Positions 27,801 to 38,586 of a stretch of DNA of 64,000 bases are shown one piece after another (positions within the stretch are counted from its first letter, which is position 1; the number at the start of each line of letters is the position of its first letter). A model generated the notes under the pieces. That model did no database searches. It was not told where the DNA came from and saw only the letters and a program-made list of their open reading frames with translations. Both the position numbers and the translations under genes were made by a program. Location: contig CM041465.1 of assembly GCA_023213395.1 (NCBI GenBank), positions 199,771,741-199,835,740 on the forward strand. The letters are read 5' to 3'. This DNA comes from Cycas panzhihuaensis (taxonomy: Eukaryota > Plantae > Cycadophyta).

Positions 27801-28948
27801 CCTTACCAAGATTTCTAGGATCCTTTGGACGAGTTATATCCCCAAAACTCCCAGCAGGATTCGATGGTTTGGCCATCTAGCTCATCTGGGGAGTACACAG
27901 TTAAGCAGGGCTATCAATTCCTGTGTCGGGCTAGGGGGGACTTGGAAAACCCCATTTTGGGTCGGTGTTTGGGGGCTTCCCATTATCCCCAAGATTGCTC
28001 TCTTTTGGTGGACACCGCTTAAGGTACAAGATCCTTCTGAGATAACTTTGATGAGGCGGGGTTCCCCTTGGTGAGCAGATGTGCCCTTTCTTGAACCGAT
28101 GAGGAATCCATCGACCACATCTTTACGGAATGCCACTTTACAAGGGAAGTCGGGGTTTCTTTGCTTGGAAAATTGGAAGTATCTTGGATCTTCCGCGTAA
28201 GATCTCGATGCATGGGTGGCATGGCTTAGCCCTTCCAAAGCCTTCGGCTCACTCGCATCCGGAAAACATCCTCCCAGTCGGCTGGAACATCCGGAAGGAG
28301 GAGCAGAAGGACATTCAAGCGAAGGATATGGACCAAACGGGACTCTTTTACGAGTTTGTGCGGATATCAAAGAGAGTGTTGGGAAAGCTAAAGAGAAGCG
28401 TATATCACTTGAGAAGATAGGTTACTTTCAAGTGGGGTATTGCTCGAATTTGTAGCCTCAAAATCCGTAGCGATAGATGGGCTCCCCCGATGGAGCCTTG
28501 GTTCAAAATTAATTTTGATGGGGCGGCAAAAGGTAACCAGGAAGCCGGGGTGGGGGACTGTAGGGATTGGAATGGGGCCCTTATTTGGGCCTTTGCGGAC
28601 TATTATGGCTCCCAGACCAACAACTTTGCAGAAATGCATGCTATGATCAAAGCCTTGGACCTTGCCCGTCGAGGAGGTCTGCAGAGATTGGTGATTGAGG
28701 GGGACTCAGAGGTTGTACTAAATTCTCTGAAAGGCGTGGCCTGCCCGGATTGGAAATTCCAGGCTATCATCAATGATGCCAAAGTCACTATTCAGGGATG
28801 GAAGAAGTGTATTAGGCTGCACGCTTAGAGATGGAAACAAAGCTGATTTTACGGCAAGCGGGGTAAAGAACAAGAGAGGGCAAGTGTGGAGTTGCGACTT
28901 CCCCGGAGACCTTTTGAGACTGGTGGAGAAGGATATGACCTGCACTAG
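24841..28948 (+). pseudogene. LINE ORF2 (AP endonuclease, RT, zf-RVT, RNase H), frameshifted in this sequence
   Basis: MKLLCWNIRGLN, LIFLQETK, NVYAP, AGDFN, FTWSN, KLDRVL, SDHSPL, EGDRNTKFFH, KIDLTKAFDRVSW, GLRQGDPLSPFLF, QFVDD, YLGLPL, EESIDHIFTEC, KINFDGAAKGN, TNNFAE, IEGDS. Confidence 0.95.
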
Positions 28949-29899
28949 CTAGCCGGGGGCTTGTCCCTAACTGGAGACTTGTTGCCTATTTAGTAGGGGT
29001 ACATCACGGATAGCTTTGTATTGCTGTCTCGGATTATTGATGTACTAGGTTGTGGGATCCTGTATTCAAACCCACTTTAATTCATTATACCTTATCAAAA
29101 AAAAAAAATATTACATCATAGCATCATAGATTCAACATGAAAGTACTTTGTATTCAATCCATATTGTAGTGAAGAGAGTTACAAATTTCCTAATAAGGGT
29201 GGTGTCTAAAGACACCATGGTTGTACACCCCTCAATATTTATAATTTTGGGGGAGGAGGGAAACTCCTCAACCCTTGAAATTTAAATTATAATAAAATAA
29301 TATAAACTTAACTCAAATTAACATTAACTTACCTACATATATTGAGCACTCACATGTGTAAATTGAAGATGATGAGGTGTTCTCCCCTTGTTGGATGGTG
29401 GGAGTAGAGTGATGACAATTAACTCCAATATTCTCCCCCTTAATGGTTATCACAAACACTTGTATATTCTCTTTGAACTTATGAAATTTGTATTTGAAAA
29501 AAACTTTTAAAATTTATCCCTTAACTTGATCATTATAAACTTACTTCATCTTTCTTGTAACATATGTCTCTTTACCATGGAGTGATGTAAAAAAACTATA
29601 AGTAAATGATGTTTGATGTATATAAAAAAGAATAGCTACAACTTTGACTTTATCAACTAGAGTATTAAGAAAAGTTTAAACTTGAACTTTATTATTTGCA
29701 TTGTAAACAACTATCAAATCATCATAATTCTTTGCTAACATATCATAAGATTTATTCTTCGTTATATCATATGATTCATTCTCCCCCTCAAATGGAGGAT
29801 CAGGTACTTGTGTAGCAAGTTGGTCCTACATTTGATCTGAACCTTCATTGGTTTTGTCATTATAATTCACGTGTTCTATCACCTGTCTCACATGCTTAT

Positions 29900-30185
29900 A
29901 AAAAATATCATCAAATACATGGAGGGAATCTCCCCCATAAGTATAAAGTAATACATCCTAAACTGATTTAGAGGTTGTTAATTCATAAACTTAAAAAAAA
30001 ATATTATCATTAATAGTGCAAAATAATAGTCTTAAGACTTCGTTATCTTTTCTAAAATTTTCTTTAATACTAAGATCACATTCATATTGTAAATATTTCT
30101 AAAGATTATGTGTGATGAAATAATCTTTCATAATCCTATACCATTGTGAAAAATTTAGCCCATTGAATATAAGAAATTATGCCAT
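29900..30185 (-). pseudogene. Copia gag N-terminal remnant of copy 2
   Basis: MA*FLIFNGLNFSQWYRIMKDYFITHNL*KYL...RKDNEVLRLLFCTINDNIF...SKSV*DVLLYTYGGDSL; collinear with the 8102 remnant. Confidence 0.75.
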
Positions 30186-32534
30186 TTTATAAAAAAAAAA
30201 TGAGTACATAAAAAGTATACTTTTACCAAATCAAGAAGTCAATAAATGAATGAATATATATGATTTCAAATAACCTTTTTAAAAGAGATGTAATTCTCTT
30301 TAGAAAGTGAATGCAAATAAAGAAATAACCTTTTAAACAAGGATGAAATAAAAAATACCTTTCAATACGTGTATATCCTTTGAATAAATGATAAACTTAT
30401 GAGATATAATTTAAGATAAAACTTGAAATATAATAAACATGTGAGCAAATTTGAATGTAATAAATATCCTAAGCAAATCTGAAATACACCTTGATGATAA
30501 ACAAAAATAATCCTTAACCTTTTGAATAAATATATACTTTCAATATAATAAATCTTTTACCTTGATAATGATATATAATGCTGAAACTAAAATATATATG
30601 AGTATTTTTCACTTAGAAATATAAAGAATATGAAGAAACTTTTGAACACAAAAGTATTGTACTCCTTGAAAAAGGTTTAAAAGATAACCTCAAGTTTACT
30701 AGTTTCAAAATTATACTAAATGATATCAGAATAATGTGAAACTTCATTAGTATGAAGATTAATAAAATATATATCCAATGGAATTGACTATTTTGAAAAG
30801 GGGTTCCTATAAGTCAATATTTGATGAACCAAAGGTGCAAGCCTCCTTTTGAGGCTCAATGAGAGTAAGGGTTCAAAATATTATGAAAATACTAATAAAA
30901 ACTTTTTAAAGTGATAAGAAATGACCAAATATGATTTAAAGAGCTTCTTAATATATTTACAATTGAAAACTTTTGAGAAATAATGTATGAAAATATGAAG
31001 CAATGATAAATTAGAGGCTATTAAGTACTTCTACTTTAATGCTTTTGAAGATTGGTAAAAACACTTAAAAAATTATAAAAAATAGTGTCAAATCGAAGGG
31101 GAGTGAGTCAACTTCCCAACAAAACTGACAAAACTGAATTCTGATACAAAATAATAAAGTTATAGCAGAAAATAGTTACTTTTATATAAATATGTTTAAA
31201 AAATACTGAAAACCACTAAAGTGCCACTTTTGGTGATTAAATAATGATCAAAATAAATTCTGAAAATTAAACTAAATAGTTGGTAATAAAGTTTATTAAA
31301 AGTAGATCACTATAGAATAGATCCAGGTAGAAAATAGTCACCTAGTAATAATATATAATCAGTTGAAAAAGTGATTTTATAAAAAGTTTAAAAAAGACTC
31401 TAAAAATTAATAATCAACTTTAAATCAACTGAAATAGGGTCAAATCAGGTCCAAATGGGTCATATGACTAGTTGAAATCAATCTAAAGAAAACTTCTGAT
31501 GCAATAAAACTAGTTTCATCGAAATTGATGACTCGGTGAGGAGTTATGAAAAAAATTTGCGAGTAACCCTTTGTAAAATAAAACATTGAAAAAAAAGAAA
31601 AAAGAAAAAAGGTTATAAAAATATGTTAGCCCCTTTGAGATAGATAACGGTCACGTGAGAGTTATAGGTGATTGGGGGCTGAAGAGAAAGGAGGGACTTA
31701 TATCCTTATATGCCCAGATTTCAAAATATATAAAATTGAGTTTAACTTTTTAAACTTTGTAAAAACTAAAAGTGATAATAAAAAAATATATTGCCGCTGC
31801 CACTACATGCAGATGGGTAAAATGGTGACCTGCAAGTTGAAATTGATTAACAAATCAATGAAGAATAATAAAGGAGGGGTGCATTTGCTAAAATTTTAAA
31901 AAGTATTTTTTTATTTCAAAAAACTATTAAAGAAAACTAAGAATCGCCCTGAGCTCACCACCACCACCGTCAGTCTCTGCAAGATGCCATCATGCTGGAC
32001 CTGCACATTGTCATTCAGTGGAGATTGGTGTGATCACCATGGAGTATGTGCTTGCTGAGAAATCAATTTTGGGTATGGAGAAGGAATTATCAAAAATATA
32101 AAAATTGACTCGAACCAAGCTATGGGATAAAGGAGCAAAAAGCCCTAGGAACTCTCTAAGAAAGTTTGCCAACCATAGACAATAGTATAAAATAGGAAAG
32201 TGGAGCTTAAAATAGCCCAAAGTTGGCTTAAATGGTCGGAAATAACCCAACAATATTATTTATCTGGGTTTCTGATAACTTAGTTTTAGAATGCATTAAA
32301 ATGCCAAGAATATTTGAGAGTTTTAAGCACCAATAATGGACAAATATTTTAGTTGCAGGTTTGGTGTAGGCCGAAGATCAGTTCCTTGACTAACAATATG
32401 TTTGTAATTTAGAAACAACAATCCTGTATAAATAATGTGTAGTCTGACTGTATACTATTTGCTTCTTTAGAATACAACTATTTTGTAACTAATAGCACAT
32501 TGAGGAGATTATCGTAGCAGTGAAGATGCTGGAA

Positions 32535-33055
32535 TAACAATATGAGTTCTATCTTATTTCCAGTAGTGATCTTTCTTAAATTCTTTGTCTCTTCCAAAGG
32601 AATATCTAGGACAACAAGACCACAAATGCCCATGGATCTGATGATATGCATGAATCTCTCTAAACCATGTTTTGATATTGGGTTGTAGTAAGAAATAATA
32701 CAATTGGAGCAGTCAATTGGGGAATCACCTCCCTCAACATGGAAATAACTGCATCAAAATTGGTCCTATTTTATAAATCTTTTATTTTTACTACCTATAT
32801 AACTAGACCATCTACAAGGGGATCAGAGTATGGCACTCCTAGCTCTATTATATCCGAGTCGCAAGAATCTAATACTTTTAGTGCTTTTGCTGTGGTTACA
32901 AGAGTACGATCTCCTGCGATTATGTAAGGTACAAAAGCCACCTTTCCAAGCTTTCTGAGATTCTCAAAAGTCTCTGAAATGCTGAGGGATTGAATGCTAC
33001 CCGTCATTTCCCTAGCTGAAAGTGTAGTAGCTTTAACCCTTCTTGTCACCGACAA
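32535..33055 (-). pseudogene. TSA: Tryptophan synthase alpha subunit fragment (N-terminal half with transit-peptide-like leader), uninterrupted by introns, disabled
   Basis: [148 protein letters not shown]. Matches TrpA motifs [23 protein letters not shown] and GLVVPD.PLEE. Two stops and one 1-bp deletion. Confidence 0.95.
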
Positions 33056-33820
33056 CCTTATTTCTAGAAGAATAGATGTTTATGGAAGTGCACAACATGG
33101 AGTATCTCAAGAGAATTAGCTTTGTTATGAGCTAATGGAATCTATATGCAGAAGTCACAGATAAGAAACTAATACTATTTGGAAGGTAACGGGAATGATT
33201 CTTAGTCCCATAACCACATATATCCCTAAGATTTGTGTAGCTTTTCAGACCAAGTTAATCTTTAGAATGAATCTTATTACTATTTTTGGTATGTTTAATA
33301 TGTTGCTGGTTCCTTTTAAGCCTATTCACACTAAGAGAAAGGCTGGGGGCTTCACTCCATGAGATGAATAGAGCAATGAAGCTACTGGTTGGGCAGGGTC
33401 ATACTCTATTTTATATAAGATATGCGAGGTGCCTGGAGTTGAGAAAAGAGTTGAAAAAAAATAGAAGAAATATATAGTCTTAGCCTTCTAAGGAGGGTTT
33501 TACCCTTTTATCTTTATGAATGTGAATGGCTATTCAAACCGGGAACTTATGATAACCTACACTGAAAGTTTACTTAGAGATGACTCTGAATAATAAAGAA
33601 AATTTTCTTTTAAGCATTGGCCTTCTGGTTTATAATATTTGGGAACTAACTGGTGGCTTGTTGTTTCAATTTGACAGTCCAAATATTAAATAGAAGATGT
33701 TTTCTTTTGTCACATATATGCAACAATATCATTTTAATGTAGAATTCTTTGACAGAATTTACATGTATGAAATAATAAGTCCTATGATTGTGTCTAAAAA
33801 AAGAATGATACAAAAAAGGT

Positions 33821-33920
33821 TACTCTGCCTTAATACATGGATTTTGTGATTGGAAAATGGCTCTAAATCTGCTTCTAGAAATGCGAGATAACGACCTCAC
33901 TTAGTTGAATATATAAACTC
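33821..33920 (+). pseudogene. Single pentatricopeptide (PPR, P-type) motif fragment
   Basis: YSALIHGFCDWKMALNLLLEMRDNDLT*LNI*T fits the PPR consensus TY..LI.GFC..G....A..LL.EM...G..PN..T, apparently lacking a few loop residues. Confidence 0.65.
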
Positions 33921-34299
33921 TTGACGGAGACAAAATTTGAAGTTCTTTAGATGGGTGCTATTACTCGTCCTCTGAATCTGTCTATTGTAACTGAGTTTTT
34001 TTTTTTTTTTCAAGAGGAAGCTTATACAAGATATAATGCAGCACTATAGCCTTAAAAAAACTCATAAAACTTCTACAGATGTTGGAGCATAAACAAAGTG
34101 GAGAAGACAATTTTCTGCAGTTTATTTTATGAGACTATTCCAAAATAAGAAAAGTTTTTTTTTTTTCAATTGAAAAAAAAGGTCTTTATATAATATGTAT
34201 ACCATGTAAGAAATATTTCAAAAAATATATATTTGTACAAGAAAACATGAAAGATGTTGAGTTTTTTTTTTTTTTTTTATTGATTCAATAGAGCATAAA

Positions 34300-35060
34300 T
34301 GAACCATAAAATTTCAGATATATTGAAGAAAATATATGTATATATGTTTGTATCTGAAGTATTTTCAAATATGTTGCAGCAGATATATACAAAAATAAAA
34401 TATATTTATATGATTAAATCTGTGAATGAAATTGAAAAAACCTAGTAATGTAGCTGATTTATAGACTTGCATAGATGAGATCTTCTGTATAGCTTCTTTA
34501 GAAGGCTGAATGTGCCCCAAAATTTATAGATCTATAAAAAACTTAAAAATATAGTCAAATATGTGACGAAAAATATAGATATGAAATGAAACATAGCAGA
34601 TTTACAAAAAATGTACAAGACAATATTGAAATAATTACTAAAATAAGCAGATTTGAAATGAAATATAATAGATCTAAACCAAATATAGTAGAAAATGGCA
34701 AAATATTTAGTAAAATATGCATATATGAAAAAATACAACTCAGATATAAAGAAAACTATAATAGATCTAAAAAATATATGGCAGATCTTGAAGAAAACTT
34801 ATAGTAAAAATTGCTTGCAGCTGATCTCCTTAACATATTTGAGAAAATATTAGATAACTAGGCATAAATATTCTTGAAAATAGTCAAATATATCATAAAA
34901 TCTATAGATTTAAAAAAATATAGCTCAAATCTTAAAAAAAAATTGAATAAATATAGCTTGTTATTGAAATCCTATACAGATCTGAGAGAATATTGGATAA
35001 AAAGATGAAATATACTTTAAAAAATATCAAATATTGATAGAAATACATAAAACTTGATGA
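34300..35060. repeat. Degenerate AT-rich minisatellite-like tract in the 5' internal region of copy 2
   Basis: Recurrent AGATCT/AGATTT/AGATAT cores with AAAATATAG spacers; unit length not resolved. Confidence 0.4.
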
Positions 35061-35331
35061 TAAAGCCACTTATAGAGTGATAAAACTTGATATTTACTGT
35101 TTTTCAGCTGTGCACCTATATAAATATAAAATATCTTTATTATAGCACAAATATAACTCAATAATAAGTAAATCTCTGATAAAAATATAAGAAACTACTC
35201 AGAAAAACTTGTAGAAAATAAATGTAACCAGTATTTTGCTTGTGAGTAAATCTATTTCAAAAATGGCAATAAATCTTATTGCTCTTTAAAGAAACTTCGG
35301 TAGGCTAGCAATCGTCTACTCTGATACCAAA

Positions 35332-35741
35332 TATTGAAAAATAATATTGCAGGGAGAATAGGGCAGAACATATACAAAAATCACATAGATCAATATTATA
35401 TCATAACATCATAACTTCAACATAAAAGTATTTTATATTCAATCCATATTGTAATGAACAGAGTTACAAATTTCTCAATAAGAATAGTGTCTAAAGACAC
35501 TAAGGTTGCACACTCCTCAATATTTATAATTTTGGGGGAGGAGGGAAACTCCTTAACCCCTGAAATTTAAATTGTAATAAAATAATATAAACTTAACTCA
35601 AAGTAAACTTAACTCAAATTAATATTAACTTATCTTAACTTACCTATACATGTTGAGCACCCACATGTGTAAATTGAAGATGATAAGGTGTGCTCCCCTG
35701 GTTGGAAGATGGGAGTGGAGTGATGACAATTAACTCCAACA
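35332..35741 (-). repeat. 5' LTR of non-autonomous element copy 2
   Basis: Direct repeat of 22925-23000 joined to 29125-29430, e.g. CTCAATATTTATAATTTTGGGGGAGGAGGGAAACTCC and GTGATGACAATTAACTCCAA. Confidence 0.95.
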
Positions 35742-38586
35742 AGGAAGGATTTCCCAATGAAAGTTATATGGCTAATGGGCCCTTTTAATTAATCTATATA
35801 GATCTATGTGGTCCAATAGATGTTCCCTCACTTAGAGGTGCTAAGTACTTTCTAATATTTATTGATAACTTTATAAGGATGACATGGGTCTATTTCAACA
35901 AGTTCAAATTAGATGCTCTTCAATGTTTCATGGACTTCAACACTTTGGTAGAAAGGCAAAGTGGATTTAGAGTTCTAATATGAAGATCAAATAATTGGGG
36001 AGAATTCATCTTAAATAAGTTCAAGTCTTATTATAATTATTGTGGCATAATAAAGTAGCTCACCAATCCTTATACTCCACAACAAAATGGGGTTCCTAGA
36101 AGAAAGAATAGAATAATTATAGAAATGGCAAGAAGTATGCTTAAAGATAAGCATCTTGGAAATGAATTTTGGGCAAAAGCTATACATACAACTATTTATG
36201 TGTTAAATATGTGTACCACTAAGGTAGTTAGTGGATCACACTAGAAGAAGCTTGGATAGGTTATAAGCCAAGCATTAAATACTTAAGGATTTTTGGGTGC
36301 ATAGCTTATGCACATGTTCCAAATTAAAGAAGAACTAAGTTGGATGATAAGAACATCAAATGTATCTTTATAGGATATAGTGACTCATCTAGATCCTATA
36401 AACTTTATGATCTAAAAGGTAAACAAATAATTATGAGAAGGGATGTCATCTTTAACGAAGATGAATTTTATTAAGAATAAATTATTGAGAAAGATAAAGG
36501 GAAAAATATCATGGTTAAAATATATTCAAATTCAAAGGGTACAAATATACCAAGTAAAAATGAATAACAAGACCCTCTACTTTAAACCAAAGGATCCTTA
36601 AATAAGTATAAAGGGCTCATAACCCTTTAAATATTTTAGATACTAACTTTTAGAGAAGGACTATAAGATCTCAAAAGGTGAATTTTGCATTGATAACTTA
36701 GGTTATAGAGTCTAATGAGCCTCATGACTTTGAAGAGGCTAACACTTAGGATGAATGTAAAGAAGTAATAAAGGATGAATATAATGCCTTAATAAAAAAT
36801 AGTATATGGGAGTTAGTAGATCTACCACTAAACAAGAATGCTATTAGAACTAAATAGGTCTATAAGACTAAGTATAAGTCAGATAGAATAACTAACAAGT
36901 ATAAAGCAAGGTTAGTTGCTAAGGGCTATGCTCAAATTGAGAACATAGATTATAATAAGACATTTTCACTAATTACAAGGCTAGAAACAATTAAATTTAT
37001 GATGGATTTAGCTGCATAATAAGGTTGGATAGTTCACTAGATGGATGTTAAAAGTTCTTTCTTAAATAGTTATATAGATGAAGAAATATATGTCCAAAAA
37101 AAAAAAAGAAAAATTGAGATAAAAGGTGAATAAAATAAGGTTCGAAAACTTAAAAAGGCCTTATATGGACTTAAGTAAGCACTTAGAGCATGGTCATATA
37201 GGATTGATAAATATTTTAAGGATAAGGGATTCTAAATAAGTTAATCAAATCCTAATCTATACATCAAGGTACTAGGAAGTTGTATACTTATTATGGGCTT
37301 ATATTTTAATGACCTGGTATGCACTAGGAATGATGTTCACTTGTCCCAAATATTCAAAAAGGATATGCACAAAGAATTTAAGATGATAGACTTGGGACTA
37401 ATGCATTACTTATTAGCCATAGAACTTTGGCAGGATGAGAATAGGATATTTATCTCCTAAAGGAAATATATATTAGACTTATTACATAAGTTTAATATGA
37501 TTAGTTTCAAGCCACTTACAATGCTAATAAAAGTTAGGTTGAAGTTATCCAAGTTTGAGGAATTATAATCAGTTGACCCTACGCTCTATACGTAATTGAT
37601 TGGGAGTCTAATTTACTTAACTTCAACTTAATTAGATATCATATATGTAGTTAGTATGGTTTCTAGATTTATGCATAATCCTAAGATAAAACATTAATAA
37701 GTAGCTAAAAAAATTCTCAAGTATCTAAAAGGTACATTTATATATAGATTACATTACAAGTCATCAGGGACTATAAATTGGTTGGATATATTGACTCAAA
37801 CTGGGTAGGTTATATAGATAATAGGAAATATACCTATGGTTATAAATTTAGTTTGGATTTAACTATAGTTGCATGGAGTTTAAAGAAATAGGCCACAATA
37901 TCTCTATCCACTATAGAAGCAGAGTATAAAGCACCTATAGTAAGAGCATGTGAAATAGTTTGGCTTAGATGGTTACTATAAGATTTATAGGAAGAATAGG
38001 TCATTCCCACTTAGTTGCTTTATGATAATCAAAGGATAATTCAAATGACTTAAAATCTAGTGTTTCATGGTAGGATAAAACATATTAAAATATAACATAC
38101 AACAAGGCGAGCTAGAATTAGTCTATTACAACACAGAAGAGTAGGTGGTGGATATATTCATAAAGTCACTTAGAAAGATAAAGTTTATTAAATTTAGAGA
38201 TAAAGTTAGAGTCTTTCTAAATGGGCATTAGAGAGGAGAAATACTAGAAAAATACCAATTAGGACTCGTATCCACCTAGACTTAATTATCTTTATTGGGG
38301 TGATAAACTAGATATTACTAGAGATATCATGGTAACTCTATGTCAGACCCTAATTACACTTAGCTACACCTTATAAGATATTAGCAACATTATTTCTAGA
38401 ATTTATTAGTACCAATTGATGGTAGATATTAAGTGGTGTGTCATATCCTACTTACATCTTGCCTATTTATTCATGGGATCTAAAGACCTTAGGGTTCATC
38501 AATAGCACCACTCTATCAAGTTAATGGTTAACTCTCTTATGCATTTTCTGTATTCCCTCTATCTCCTTTATCCCCTAATTCCATCA
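35742..38586 (+). mobile_element. Ty1/Copia element B, right part (integrase, RT, RNase H, PPT, 3' LTR 38242-38586)
   Basis: Resumes at AGGAA: GFPNESY..LIYIDLCGP, YTPQQNG, RT YKARLVAKGYAQIENIDY and MDVKSSFLN, RNase H SLSTIEAEY and DIFIKSL. PPT TTAGAGAGGAGAAA, LTR TACTAG...CCATCA. Confidence 0.9.

Larger units (their letters stand above)
23001..29108 (+). mobile_element. L1-clade LINE, near full length, with C-terminal RNase H
   Basis: TSD AATATTACATCATAGCAT at 22983-23000 and 29107-29124, poly(A) 29097-29108, ORF1 and ORF2 domains, and a sharp GC/CpG increase relative to the flanks. Confidence 0.97.
22925..35741 (-). mobile_element. Non-autonomous Copia-derived LTR element, copy 2, carrying host-gene fragments (about 6.7 kb without the nested LINE)
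   Basis: TSD AGGAA at 22920-22924 and 35742-35746. 5' LTR 35332-35741; PBS rc TGGTATCAGAGT 35318-35329; PPT rc TTAAGGGGGAGAA 29431-29443; 3' LTR 22925-29430 split by the LINE. No protease, integrase or RT motifs seen internally. Confidence 0.93.

Noticed and set aside
27882-28370. Antisense ORFs within the LINE
   Set aside because: Shadow frames of ORF2.
32360-32389. FGVGRRSVP resembles the cytochrome P450 heme motif FGVGRRSCPG
   Set aside because: The Cys ligand is absent, a stop follows, and there is no PERF or EXXR context; likely coincidence.
32795-33055. TSA ORF as a functional gene or bacterial horizontal transfer
   Set aside because: It has stops, a frameshift and a truncation. It has a plant-type sequence and transit-like leader, with no trpB or operon context.
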